A stretch of 60,539 nucleotides of DNA, counting the filler, from Nemertoderma westbladi (taxonomy: Eukaryota > Animalia > Xenacoelomorpha), in assembly GCA_032718475.1 (NCBI GenBank). It is 3 parts of 3 records of this genome, joined end to end, with 100 filler letters (N's around TTAATTAATTAA, not from the genome) between each part and the next. Parts side by side here need not be neighbours in the genome. Positions count along the whole stretch, not along the records: positions 1 to 30,676 come from JAUCBJ010006953.1; positions 30,777 to 53,792 come from JAUCBJ010002402.1; 1 more part is not named here. The stretch is one strand, 5' to 3'. Made by a program: the position numbers and the translations under genes. Positions 26,001-38,339 of this stretch are shown here, one piece after another. Within the stretch, counting starts at the first letter, position 1. Each line of letters starts with the position of its first letter. The notes under the pieces were generated by a model. It searched no databases. It was not told where the DNA came from and worked only from the letters and a program-made list of their open reading frames with translations.

Positions 26001-27023
26001 CGGGAGGGAGGTCTAGAGCAGACTCGGTATTAACCTGTTCAATGTCTACGGGAGGGAGGTCTAGAGCAGACTCGGTATTAACAGGTTCAATGACTACGGG
26101 AGGGGGGATTATAGCAGACTCGGTATTAACTTTGGAGGCAATAACTGGGGTGGTTTCTCCGCTAAAACAATCAATAACACCATTCAAGGCATTATAAAAA
26201 TCACTTGATTGGAAGTCCAAAACAATTGTATCTAGACGGATATTATTCGCTATAGTTTTATCTGCATTATCATCTAGATTTATTTTGTCTTTATCGCCAT
26301 CTATAATTATATTGTCCTCATTATCATCTTCAACTGAGGTACCTTCAATGTGATCTCCTATAATTGTTGTTACCGTATTGCCATTATCAATTATAGTCGA
26401 ACCCTCATTACCATCACCTGTATTGTAATGTGTAACAATAATAGCAGTGGTAGCCTTATATTTTTCCTCAATAGCTGTAGGATGATGATGTCGTTTCAGA
26501 TGTCGTTTCACAATATCAGAATTTCCCGTGTGATGTAGAATAATGTCGCTGTATGTTTTATTTGTTTTATTATACACAACAGCAACATCTGTCGTTTGGT
26601 AACCGTCCGTAGCCACGCTAATATTGCGAAATTGGTCCTGAGAAACGCCGGTTACATAATTTAATATACTTTCACTTTCGCTATGGTTTCTAACAACAAC
26701 TTTTCCCAACTGATGAAAGTTGACGGGATTTAACAGTTTGAACAAATTAAATTTCAAATTCTTCACATTAAGTGCCGCATTAGAATGGACACCTGAATTA
26801 TAATTTGTGTCAATTACTTGAGTTGCATTGCGATTTCCAATTACTTGAGTTGCATTGCGATTTCCAATTACTTGAGTTGCATTGCGATTTCCAATTACAC
26901 CGGTAGCTGAAATGTTCTTAATTAAATCCTTTGGCTCTCCAAAGAACCCTTTTAATGGTGGGGTCTGTGGCTGATGTCCTGATAACGCGAAACTATTCCT
27001 TTCAGATACGTAATGTGTCGGCT
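23056..27023 (-). CDS. Giant terminal exon (~1320 codons) of an orphan, acidic, repeat-containing protein
   Basis: Frame stays open upstream of the listed GTG to a pyrimidine-tract AG acceptor at 27025-27024 (…PTHYVSERN…VIGNRNATQ x3…). Stop at 23056; AATAAA on minus at ~22996-23001. Confidence 0.8.
25365..26130 (-). repeat. Coding 48-bp repeat (VNTESALDLPPVDIEP, ~16 copies)
   Basis: In-frame tandem array inside the large exon. Confidence 0.95.
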
Positions 27024-27461
27024 CTAAAAAGGTAAAAAAGGTTTGTTTACAAAATTATACTTCAAAATACAATATACGTATTCAATATACAGCAAGAAAT
27101 CGGCTAAAATGCCTGAGTATGCAATGAGTCAGCTCTCAGGGCGAAAGGACAACGCAACTGCTAATATCAAAGCTGATACATCAACTGAAAGCTTGTTAGT
27201 TTGGAAATACGATAACGGCTCAATAACAGCCGAGTGTTTTCACATGTTTTTATTACACATCCTGGTAGGACAAGATACTCTTTGAAATCCTATTGGTTAA
27301 ATCGGTTATTCATTTACATAGAGTTTCTAGAGTAATTGCAAACATTAAGCAATGGAATCGAAATTTTAGCACACCTTTTGAAGATACCTCCAGTTTTGGA
27401 GGATTTAAATATGTTTTATATATACTAACTACTAACTAAAAATATTCCATATCTCACTCAC

Positions 27462-27521
27462 CAATAACACGGGGTTTCCACTGGCGACCCTTCGAGCCAT
27501 TGTCCTGGTACGTTGTCTTGC
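27462..27521 (-). CDS. 60-nt internal exon of the orphan gene ((G)KTTYQDNGSKGRQWKPRVI(E))
   Basis: cctgtag acceptor and GTGAGT donor; phase 1/1, joins the 27023 exon in frame. Confidence 0.7.
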
Positions 27522-27544
27522 CTACAGGATAAAGTAGAGAATGG

Positions 27545-28441
27545 TGTATAATGAAGGATATCAGGATAATGTAGGATATCAGGATAATGTAGGATATCAG
27601 GGCAATAATGTCGGATATCGGGTGTATAATGTCGGATATCAGGCGTGTACTGTCGGAAATAGGGTGCATAATGTCGGATATCGGGTGTATAATGTCGGAT
27701 ATCAGGTGTATAATGTCATATATCAGGTGCATAATGTCGGATATCAGGTGTAAAATGTCGGATACACGTGTATAATGTCGGATATCAGGTGTATAATGTC
27801 GGATATCAGGTGTATAATGTCGGATATCAGGTGTATAATGTCGGATATCACGTGTATAATGTCGGATATCAGGTGTATAATGTCGGATATCAGGTGTATA
27901 ATGTCGGATATCAGGTGTATAATGTCGGATATCAGGTGTGTAATATCGGATATCAGGCGTGTACTGTCGGAAATAGGGTGCATAATGTCGGATATCGGGT
28001 GTATAATGTCGGATATCAGGTGTATAATGTCATATATCAGGTGCATAATGTCGGATATCAGGTGTAAAATGTCGGATACACGTGTATAATGTCGGATATC
28101 AGGTGTATAATGTCGGATATCAGGTGTATAATGTCGGATATCAGGTGTATAATGTCGGATATCACGTGTATAATGTCGGATATCAGGTGTATAATGTCGG
28201 ATATCAGGTGTATAATGTCGGATATCAGGTGTATAATGTCGGATATCAGGTGTGTAATATCGAATATGAGGTGTATAATGTGGGATATCGGGTGTATAAT
28301 GTCGGATATCAGGTGTGTGTATAATGTCGGATATCAGGCGTGTAATGTGGGATATCGGGTGTATAATGTCGGATATCAGGTGTATAATGTCGGATATCAG
28401 GCGTGTAATGTCGGATATCAGGTGCATAATGTCGGATATCA
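27545..28441. repeat. 21-bp intronic minisatellite with a ~314-bp higher-order duplication
   Basis: Unit GTATAATGTCGGATATCAGGT; variant block gcgtgtactgtcggaaataggg recurs at ~27643 and ~27957. Confidence 0.95.
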
Positions 28442-28654
28442 AATAAATAAACTAAAATCTATGTGTGGCAGGAAAACGAAAACGTAAAATATACTTCAAC
28501 CGCTGAGGTTCCCAGAGATGAAGACACATTTTTTTTGGTTTTATAAACAAAATTTGTATTTCCTCAAATTTTTCTAACCGTTTAAAAACTTTTCACAGTG
28601 AACATTTTGACAAAAAAAAGTAGGAACGCACTCTATCTACGACTTAAACATAAA

Positions 28655-30676
28655 TAGGGCTGCCACTCTATTCCAGTATAACTTCCCAGTCACCAAACAG
28701 GGCTTCCACTCTATTTCAGTATAAATTCCCAGTCACCAAACAGGGCTGACACTCTATTCCAGTATAAATTCCCAGTCACCAAACAGGGCTGACACTCTAT
28801 TTCAGTATAAATTCCCAGTCACCAAACAGGGCTGCCACTGCCACTCTATTTCAGTATAAATTCCCAGTCACCAAACAGGGCTTCCACTCTATTTCAGTAT
28901 AAATTCCCAGTCACCAAACAGGGCTGACACTCTATTTCAGTATAAATTCCCAGTCACCAAACAGGGCTGCCACTGCCACTCTATTTCAGTATAAATTCCC
29001 AGTCACCAAACAGGGCTGCCACTCTATTTCAGTTTAAATTCCCAGTCACCAAACAGGCTGCCACTCTATTTCAGTATAAATTCCCAGTCACCAAACAGGG
29101 CTGCCACTCTAGTTCAGTATAAATTCCCAGTCACCAAACAGGGCTGACACTCTATTTCAGTATAAATTCCCAGTCACCAAACAGGGCTGCCAATGCCACT
29201 CTATTTCAGTATAAATTCAAAGTCACCAAACAGGCTGCCACTCTATTTCAGTATAAATTCCCAGTCACCAAACAGGGCTGACACTCTATTTCAGTATAAC
29301 TTCCCAGTCACCAAACAGGGCTGACACTCTATTTCAGTATAAATTCCCAGTCACCAAACAGGGCTGCCAATGCCACTCTATTTCAGTATAAATTCCCAGT
29401 CACCAAACAGGGCTGCCACTCTATTTCAGTATAAATTCCCAGTCACCAAACAGGGCTGCCACTCTATTTCAGTATAAATTCACAGTCACCAAACAGGGCT
29501 GTCACTCTATTTCAGTATAAATTCCCAGTCACCCAAACAGGCTGCCACTCTATTTCAGTATAAATTCCCAGTCACCAAACAGGGCTGCCACTCTATTTCA
29601 GTATAAATTCCCAGTCACCCAAACAGGCTGCCACTCTATTTCAGTATAAATTCCCAGTCACCAAACAGGGCTGACACTCTATTCCAGTATAAATTCCCAG
29701 TCACCAAACAGGGCTGACACTCTATTTCAGTATAAATTCCCAGTCACCAAACATGTGACGGGATCGTAGATCCCGACCGGGTACGATTTAGTACGCATCA
29801 CCTAACTGCTGGGCTGCTGAGCTACTGTCCTTTTGGCCGAAGGCCGTTGGGGAAAATAACAGAGTTTGTGTTTCTCGATGTTAATGTTCCAAATGATAAT
29901 AGCACAGAATCAGTATGTGATTGATATCGCAATACAGAATAACAGCAGATAGAATAACTATATTAGATGACGGTCAAAAACTATAACCGGTCTGCAACTC
30001 TGTGATTAATGAACTGACCGGTAAATCAGTAATACAGAATAACTATATGATTGATACACACAGATATTGGTTTCACCTCTTACTCTACTTGGCCTTCTGT
30101 ACCCAATGGATGCTTTCCTATCTCTGTCCACGTGCTCCCCTGCCTGCTATTGGCTTATATACTAATTGTCACTTTGGCACTCCCTGTGAGTGTTTCCCCC
30201 CGCCGCTAGCCTTTACTAGCTGTGTTCTCCCTCCGAGGTGGTTTGACCTCTCACGTCTTTCTGTGGCTTTAGGGGGGCCTGTCCCCCCCCCCCCCCCCGA
30301 GTTGGTTATGAGGCGAGATTGTTATTGGTAATCTCGTATCGCCAACTATATTTGTAAAAATGCCACTGGTCCCATTTTCGGGTGGGTAATGCAAGGGAAT
30401 TGAATCCGCTTACAAAACAGGGCTGCCACTCTATTTCAGTATAAATTCCCAGTCACCAAACAGGGCTGCCACTCTATTTCAGTATAAATTCCCAGTTACC
30501 AAACAGGGCTGACACTCTATTCCAGTATAAATTCCCAGTCACCAAACAGGGCTGCCACTCTAGTTCAGTATAAATTCCCAGTCACCAAACAGGGCTGCCA
30601 CTCTAGTTCAGTATAAATTCCCCGTCACCAAACAGGGCTGACACTCTATTTCAGTATAAATTCCCAGTCACCAAAC
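28655..30676. repeat. 43-bp satellite running into the gap, interrupted by a solo LTR
   Basis: Unit CAGGGCTGCCACTCTATTTCAGTATAAATTCCCAGTCACCAAA. Confidence 0.97.
29754..30414 (-). mobile_element. Solo LTR related to the BEL/Pao-like element
   Basis: TGTGACGGG...TTACA termini; perfect 5-bp TSD AAACA; shared motifs with 44245-44861. Confidence 0.88.
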
Positions 30677-30776
30677 NNNNNNNNNNNNNNNNNNNNNNNN
30701 NNNNNNNNNNNNNNNNNNNNTTAATTAATTAANNNNNNNNNNNNNNNNNNNNNNNNNNNNNNNNNNNNNNNNNNNN
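30677..30776. other. Assembly gap with artificial TTAATTAATTAA linker
   Basis: 44 N + 12 nt + 44 N. Confidence 0.97.
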
Positions 30777-31209
30777 GTAAAATAGTTTAAAACTTTTTAA
30801 TAAATACCTTTTAATAAAAACATTCTATATCATATATCAATAAACTTTTTAATTAATTCCCTAACACAATTTTTTGCCATTACATACAACCAGCTTGTAG
30901 GCTTATTTATTGTTCATGACATACAATAGCGATGTTACTTTGCTATGTTTTAACTTATTAGAAGATTATATGTAACATAAACTTTGATCGCACCAGGATT
31001 AATAATATGATTGATAAAATCAATAATATATTAAGAATATTATAATTAACTTATTCAGAAGACCGTTAGGACTTCTTACTGTAAAACCCTAGAAATAGGC
31101 ACACAAAAAGTTAAATTATTTTATTATTTTTTTCTAAGGGGAGGTGGGGGGGGGGGGGGCAAAATCGTGGCAGGCCCCCCCCCCTGCCACAAACATCAGC
31201 TACGCCACT
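30777..31209. mobile_element. End of a hAT-like MITE
   Basis: G-run/C-run followed by GCTACGCCACT, resembling a CAGTGGCGTAGC-type TIR; other end not visible. Confidence 0.4.
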
Positions 31210-31705
31210 TGGAGAGGTCTGATTTCCAGATGGTATATATTTTTTATACCTTTTAAAATTGTTTCTTTCTCTAGAACCTTACTCTCAACTCTATTATTAT
31301 TAGTTAAAAACACCATCTTTTCGCATTACTTCAGAAAAGGGTTCTTTTGATGTATACTCACATGATGGGATATATTGTTTAGTCCCATTTATTTATCACA
31401 AAACACGTATCTTACTGTACATAATTATACAATGCATTATATATGTAAGAGTAAACTTTCAGATGTTTATTAATCTACTACTATATTATCCCAATTTATA
31501 AAAAAATTATTTTTAATGACTTATTTACAAACATGAATATTAGTTAATTCTCAAATTAATTAAAAAGATATATTAGTGCAGCATATATCCGTCACAAGTT
31601 TCATCTTGAACAAAAAAAAACAATATTCAATATTTAGAAATTTAGGCCTCTATCGGTTGTCTGTCTACGATCCACCAACTACTACTGCACTACTGGCATT
31701 AACTA

Positions 31706-32270
31706 TGGGCAGCATGCATGGGCAGCCTTGAATAGGCTTTCCAGGATTTGGAAGTCACAGAGAATTAATCGGAAACTTAAGCAGTTTATTTAGAGCAGCA
31801 GTAGTTCCAGTACTCCTCTATGGGAGTCCATGCTGGACTCTAACTGCTGAGGACACCAAATCTCTGGATGGTACATTCGCTAAAATGCTATGCCGGGTTC
31901 ATTGTGTCAAGTACAATGGACATATCTCCAACCAGACACTATATAACATTGGAGGTGTCGCATTGGTTCCCCCAAGCTTGACACTAGAACAAAGTCGCTT
32001 CCGCTTTGCAGGACATTGCTTTCGCCGTGAAAACCAGCCAGTGCATAATCTTGTACTTTGGCAGCCTCATGGAGTGAATAAGCATGGTGGACAGCCCATG
32101 ACTTTCTTGAGACGCATCTTAAAGGACACTGGCCTTGAAGATGCGGATGATCTAGCAAATGTCATGGGTGATAGGGAATTGTGGCGGCGCAATTTTGTCG
32201 ACAAGCCGGCACAGCATTCTTGCAAATTCAGCTGCAATGCAGCATGCCGATCCTAGTAGTAGTAGTAGTA
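31706..32270 (+). mobile_element. 5'-truncated RTE LINE copy
   Basis: Close match to 40100-40645 reversed; (TAG)n tail; ~11-bp TSD GGCA(T/A)TAACTA. Confidence 0.9.
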
Positions 32271-32733
32271 GGCAATAACTAATTATAACAATATACCAAT
32301 ACCGTCCATGGTTTACAACACAATTGTCTGAAAAAATCTTAAAATATTTCATATTTAATTAAATTAATTGGGTTGAGCTGATAAGTTAAACTTTACTAAA
32401 CACTGATTTAATAGGATTTTGAATAGGAATTATATATAAATTATTATACTTCTGAATAAAATCCTATTAATAATAATGTATATTATATATTATATAATGT
32501 TACAATCAATATTATCAACAGCAAAATGTTTATTTTTATTAGTGGAATTAAATTGTTAACAACTAAAAATATGTTGCCCACAGATTGTGATGTAAAGACC
32601 GGTAATTCTTGTTGTAACCATATATTTAGTCCGCCATAATAGTAATAATAATAGTAATATTAATTGATATGATAAATAAAATATTAGATTCATAATCTGC
32701 TTAAATAGTTTCGAACTATACTATTTAACGACA

Positions 32734-33007
32734 TTAATCGTATTGTCCTTCGGCTGCACAGCTGTAATCATCGAGAAATTGGTACAAATACTCGAAGGTG
32801 GGTCGATGGTCTGGCTCCTCTTTCCAGCAGTTCGATATTAGCTGATACAGCGGATCTGGACAGTTTGGTGTTTGTTTCATCCGGTATCCCAACTCTAACT
32901 CACTCATCACCTCTCTCGACGACATCCCAGGGTATGGCGTTCTACCTTTCGTTACTATCTCCACCAAAAGGATTCCAAAACTCCAAACGTCGGACTTTAT
33001 GGAAAAT
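32734..33007 (-). CDS. SRC: Src-family kinase exon 5 ([11 protein letters not shown]...RPTFEYL...GQYD*)
   Basis: ttctag acceptor, phase 2 matching exon 4; C-terminal regulatory Tyr. Symbol denotes the family; orthology untested. Confidence 0.92.
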
Positions 33008-33439
33008 CTAGAATGGGATGAAAGTGGTATAAAGTAATAATTCAATTAAAAAGTTATTGTGAGTAGTGCTAATTTCACTAATAACCTAGGAACTGCTTTG
33101 CCTACTACTAGAAGCTCCTGATAATATTCCCATTTAACATGTAATTAAATTATTAAAAATTAGGACTATTCGATAAAAAAAAAAGTAAGCGGGAAACACA
33201 ATTTTTTTCACTCATTTTCAATTTAGGGAAATTCAACTATTCAATACGAGTAGTTGAGTTTTACACAATTTGGCATGTTTTAGAATGCCTACGAGTGGAA
33301 AACTCAACACACGAAGGCAGAATATCTCCCTTTTTTAAGGTTAAAGAGTAAATGAAAACGTTTAGTTTTCCAATGCCACTATGCCAAGGATTACGTGCAA
33401 ATTCTAACGTCATATATCCAGTACTCCCAAGAGAACAGT

Positions 33440-34700
33440 TGTACTTAAAATGCGCAGTTGTTTATACCTCAATAGGAGTTCGCCAAGGCGCGCCATAAAG
33501 TGGTATATTATTTTGTATGTATCTCGGTAAGATGATAAGTATGATAAAAACAGCGCTAGTTAGTGAACGATTTTTAGATGTAATCGCTCTTATTTTATTT
33601 ATGGATGACACCATAATGTTATCGACGCCAAGATCGAACTGTATTTTAAAGCCCAACGTCCTAGCTAAGTATTGTAAACTATTCGGCATGGTCATTAATG
33701 AGAAAAAGAGCAAATATTTTGTAATTAATGATAGCAAAGAAGACAATGAGTCATTTATTGTTGATAATATTACTCTGCGTCACTGTACTTCTTAGTTTAT
33801 TTGGGGTCCCTATTTACCGCGGATGGCAAAATGTTATCTGTTTTAAAATTACATGAATCTCTATGCGAAAAAAAATGTTCATAAATTTAATATTTTTTGT
33901 GCAAAAAATACCCCAATACAATATCCTCTTAAACGGAAGGTATTTGATTCATTTGTTGTTGCATCCTTACAGTACGGATCTGAGTCATGGCTTATAAAAA
34001 GTACTAAAATTATGGAGAAACAATATAATAGACTAGTAAAAACACTAGTTTCAGTTTCTGTCCCAAACTCCGAACGACATTAGCTTGGTTGAGGCGGGAA
34101 TCCCACCCTTGGACTACTGCATGCTTTCTGCAAGAAAGCGTTATGTACAAATACTGTTAAAAATTACTGACAACGAAATACCCCTGTGCAAAATATTTAA
34201 AATGTGCAAACACAAGAACACACCCGGCTTCCTCCTATTAATAAAGTCACTAGATTTCAATCAAATCGACCCTCTTGACCCAATACGGTCCCGCATTCTA
34301 GCAAAACCGGTTACATCTACAAAGTTCAATACGTACCGTACCATAATAAATCCTAAGCTAACAACACACCCTGTATACAGCTGTTTAAAACCAATAATCC
34401 CTGATTATAAAAGAGTTGGTACTGTATATCTCGAATGCGTCTAATGTCTCACAAATTGAAAGTAGAAACTGGCCGTTGGGCTCGCATCCCGCCTGATAAA
34501 CGCGTTTGTAGCTGCAATTCCACTGCGTTACAGAATGAGATGCACGCCCTCCTAATTTGTCCGTTATCTGAACATATTTGAACCAAATATCATACTATTG
34601 ATTTTTCGAATCTATCTGACATGTTTTTGTCTACCAACGTCCTAATGTTGTGCATTTATATCTGTGAAGTTATAAATATTTACGGATTATTTGTTTATGA
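33440..34700 (+). mobile_element. Decayed LINE (RTE-X or CR1/L2-type) in Src intron 4
   Basis: Frameshifted RT motifs GVRQG, LFMDD, INEKKSK, YLG, YGSESW; C-terminal SHKLKVETGRW...C.C...EMHALLICP. Confidence 0.8.
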
Positions 34701-34946
34701 TATATTAGTTACAATATTTTTTAATTATTCCGTACCTTATATTTATCAGTATTTGTTGTTCTCTTGAAAACTAATATAGGCTGGCTGGACGGGCCGCATT
34801 CCGTTCCACTACTACTAATACTGATAATCTACCATAAGGATAAGATATGAGCACTAGCTATCATGCGTAATAGTGCAATGGATACCTCTAGGTTGGATAG
34901 TGTACAGTACGACACAATCGTGTTAGGTTATTATAAATCAACGAAC

Positions 34947-35077
34947 CTTCCGTGGAATACTGCTTCGGGAGCGGTCCATTTTACTGGGAACTTCGTGTTT
35001 GCCGAGGCCCGATACACATCGTCATCTTCGTCCTCTTCAGAAGCCCCAACCATTTTACATAAACCGAAGTCCGCCAC
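34947..35077 (-). CDS. SRC: Src-family kinase exon 4 (VADFGLCKMVGASEEDEDDDVYRASANTKFPVKWTAPE)
   Basis: AG/GT boundaries; DFG and FPVKWTAPE motifs. Confidence 0.92.
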
Positions 35078-35132
35078 CTAATTAAATAGTCATTCTTTTA
35101 TTATCTGTTTGTTAAGTTTTTGATTGTTTATA

Positions 35133-36060
35133 AGTAATAACTATTTTACATACTTGTTTGTAAAGTAGCACTTTACTGTGTGATGATCCGAGTGCTTTGT
35201 TACACGAACAGACGTTAGTGAGTGAGTGAAAGTAAAGCCACGAGGATCAGAACACTATAAAGATCTTTGCAACATGTATGTATGTAGTTTTACTCCGAAA
35301 TTGTAACATTACTCAACGCCGTTAGTATTAACAGCGAGTTGTAATTTAGCAATTTACAACTTTAGAGGACATTACAGCATTGTATTTAGTAGTATATTTA
35401 GTATATTATTTTTATATTTATATATTATATTTAGTATATTTAGTATTGTATTTGGTGTTATTGTTTACGTGGTAACCATGACGGTGTTGAGTAATGTCCA
35501 CTAAGGGGACATTACTTAACGCCGTCATTGGATACCACGTAAACAATAGGTGGAAATTGGCCTGACAGTCAGATAGGCCTACTGGCTATTAATAGCTATT
35601 ATAGCTATTAATAAACAGTAGGGCCTAGCTATATTATTATAACATGGCTCCACACGCCACCATAAATATAAGCCAACTTATTTATAACATAATTTATGTC
35701 ATTTTTACATTTTATTTAAACAGCAACTAATATAATTTGTGCAGTTTCTATCACTTATAATGTATATGTACAATCATTTCATAATGTTAAAATTTTGGAA
35801 TAAAACTACATACATACATAAATAAATGTAAAAGTGACATAAATTATGTTATAAATAAGTTAGCTTATATTTGTGGTGGCGTTTGGAGCCATGTTAATAG
35901 ATTAAAGCTACTGGTTATTAATAGCTATACCCCGCCTACCGGTAGGTACTGCAGTAGGCCTATCTGGCTGTCAGGCCATTAATAGTAAAATGCCACCTAT
36001 TGTTTTATGTGGTAACCATGACGGCGTGTTGTAATGTTAAAATTTTGGAATAAAAATAAC
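35133..36060. mobile_element. Non-autonomous element with nested inverted repeats in Src intron 3 (family also at 57290-57731)
   Basis: Arms 35509-35718 and 35819-36038 are inverted; gtgagtgagtgaa terminus matches 57600-57731 reversed. Confidence 0.7.
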
Positions 36061-36204
36061 ACCAACATTTTAAGTTAATGTATCTGAGCATGCGTTCAAT
36101 TTTTGTAATTCTTTATTTCTTTACAAGTCTTGAATTAAGTAATTATTTTATTTTACTCTGGCTTGTTTTTGACAATAATGGTGTCCCATCCCTAAATGAA
36201 ATTA

Positions 36205-36381
<177 letters not shown>

Positions 36382-36439
36382 TCATATATTTAATAGAAGT
36401 AGGTATATGAAGGGTAATCAATAATGTTTCAGTTTACTA

Positions 36440-36720
36440 CATGTCCTCTTGGTTAAATCCGTTGCATTGTATTCATATTCCACCAGAGGTTGCGGGTTCA
36501 ATCCCGGCATGGTGTCTACAGGAGTGTTTGTTTCGGCACGAATGCTTTAAAGCTACTAGCCAGGGCTCAGCTCTCCTAAGTGGTAGCTAAATGATTAAAA
36601 TATTTATCTGAGGATTATATGTAGTTCTTGGTAGACCGCTCAGTAAATATGTCATCCGACGTTGTGCGTAAAGTAACCCCTAGGAGAACTGCTGATGAAA
36701 ACTTAATTCCGTTATAACAA
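36440..36720 (+). mobile_element. tRNA-derived SINE in Src intron 2
   Basis: B-box GGGTTCAATCCC; similarity to 395-1180. Confidence 0.55.
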
Positions 36721-36802
36721 TCATAGTGATGATTTAAGAGGCTGATTTGCTTTACTTATTATCAGTTGTTTACAATCAGACTTGTTTCACATATCTACTG
36801 AC

Positions 36803-37018
36803 CTGTTTCATTCCAATTTGATTTCCATGAGGTCCTTTCAAGAAGTCTAGTAGGTTACCAAACGGCATCAACTCTGTTACTAAAAGTATTGGTTCTTTTT
36901 CAGAACAGACGCCATACAACTGAACTACATTTTTATGGCTAATGCTCTTCATCATTTCAGCCTCTTTGAGAAAGGCTTCTGGAGACATGGAACCTTCCTT
37001 TAGCTGTTTTATGGCCAC
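36803..37018 (-). CDS. SRC: Src-family kinase exon 2 (VAIKQLKEGSMSPEAFLKEA…)
   Basis: ttacag acceptor, GTCAGT donor; catalytic Lys and alphaC Glu. Confidence 0.93.
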
Positions 37019-37355
37019 CTGTAATGATTGTTAGTATAAGGGTACTGAACAACATGTTAATCAAAAAATATATAAATGTTTACCAAAAATCAAAATTTAA
37101 GTTAATATAAACGTGATAAGGATGACGCAAAAACGAAATTATTGCAATATTTAAGCAGTTTGATGGATGATGTTACCTCTCCTAAATCTAATATCAGAAA
37201 TATTGAAGTACCTATACATGCTTGATGTTTATTCTATTCATATTTCTGTAAAATGTTTTTCATCATTAATATTCGAACATTAAACATACATTTAATGGAA
37301 TTTCAATAAAAATCGAACCAAGAATGTTGATATAATATTGTGAATCCAATCTTAC

Positions 37356-38123
37356 CGGCATTGCATTGTTCCAATAACCACCCCAAACTTCTCCAAAATG
37401 ACCAGCACCGAGACGTTTCTCGAACGTTAATTCTCGTCGAATGATCTTCCAACAGTCTTCATTGGCTGTTATTGTATTAGTAACAGGTTTCACGCGAGGA
37501 ATGTGATTGGTCAGACGGGTGCAGAGTCCCTCGCCTTTGCCGAAACTCGAGTAATGGTCCACCAGCTCCTGCAGTGTGGAGAACGTTCGCTTCGAATTTA
37601 TGTAAAATCCCCCGTCATCCAGAGGATGGATAAGATAGTTTCTTACGTTCCAGCCTTTATCACTGTCATGAAAACGAACAGAAAGGGCTTCGCATTTGGG
37701 TTTAGTCGCGGATGGTCTAACTATAAATGTCCCTAACGGTAAATCGGGTTCGGACAGGAGTTTAGTGGCTTCTCGTTTCGAAATTTCGTGATACCAATCC
37801 TCGGTGTTGGTGACTCCAACGTATGTACTTGGGATAAACCCCTTGGCGCCCGTTGCAATGGACCTCGCAATCCACCATCCACTACCCCCGCGCCTGTCAA
37901 CAATGATTAGCCGGTCGCCCTTTTTAAAGCCAAGGTCATCCGCAGCCCGAGCTTCATAATCAAACAAGGCCACTACAGTTCCCTGCATCTCGAATTGTCC
38001 ACTCGCTGGACCAATAACATTCTCTTGTATCATTGTTACACCCCCGGTTGGTCTGAAATCAACTCTGGTCTGATTGACAGATGTATTGGGGGATGGACTT
38101 CCACGACAACATGATGCACCCAT
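37356..38123 (-). CDS. SRC: Src-family kinase exon 1: myristoylation/palmitoylation signal MGASCC, SH3, SH2, Gly-rich loop
   Basis: ALFDYEAR...WW...GFIPSTYV (SH3); WYH...GTFIVRPS...LVDHY (SH2); [10 protein letters not shown]; GTAAGA donor. Spliced product 501 aa. Confidence 0.95.
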
Positions 38124-38339
38124 ATTGGAAGTAGTACTGTATTATGAGCAGTTTGCAATGTTTATCCGTCACAATAATGGTAAACTATTGGATATTTTGG
38201 CATGATTTTATCCCAGGAGTAGTACAAGACAATTATACGATTTACGCTCTGTAATGTAAATTCTATGTAACTCATAATTTAAATGTAACGTAAATAAGTT
38301 GCAAGAAGTAGGAGTCGAAGTGCTCTGTTTGTTGTTGTG

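Noticed and set aside
25418-26197. 259-aa plus-strand repeat ORF
   Set aside because: Antisense shadow of the coding 48-bp repeat.
26766-26793. GTG start at 26766 or a splice acceptor at 26793
   Set aside because: The frame stays open to a stronger acceptor at 27024 that is phase-compatible with the upstream exon.
27541-28487. Several overlapping ORFs in the 21-bp array
   Set aside because: Stop-free repeat artefacts within an intron.
30721-30732. TTAATTAATTAA palindrome within N runs (also 53837-53848)
   Set aside because: Identical and centred in both 100-nt gaps, with stops in all six frames: a scaffolding linker.
37266-37355. C-terminal tail of the 285-aa ORF as a truncated SH3-SH2 protein
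   Set aside because: Read-through into intron 1 past a good GTAAGA donor.
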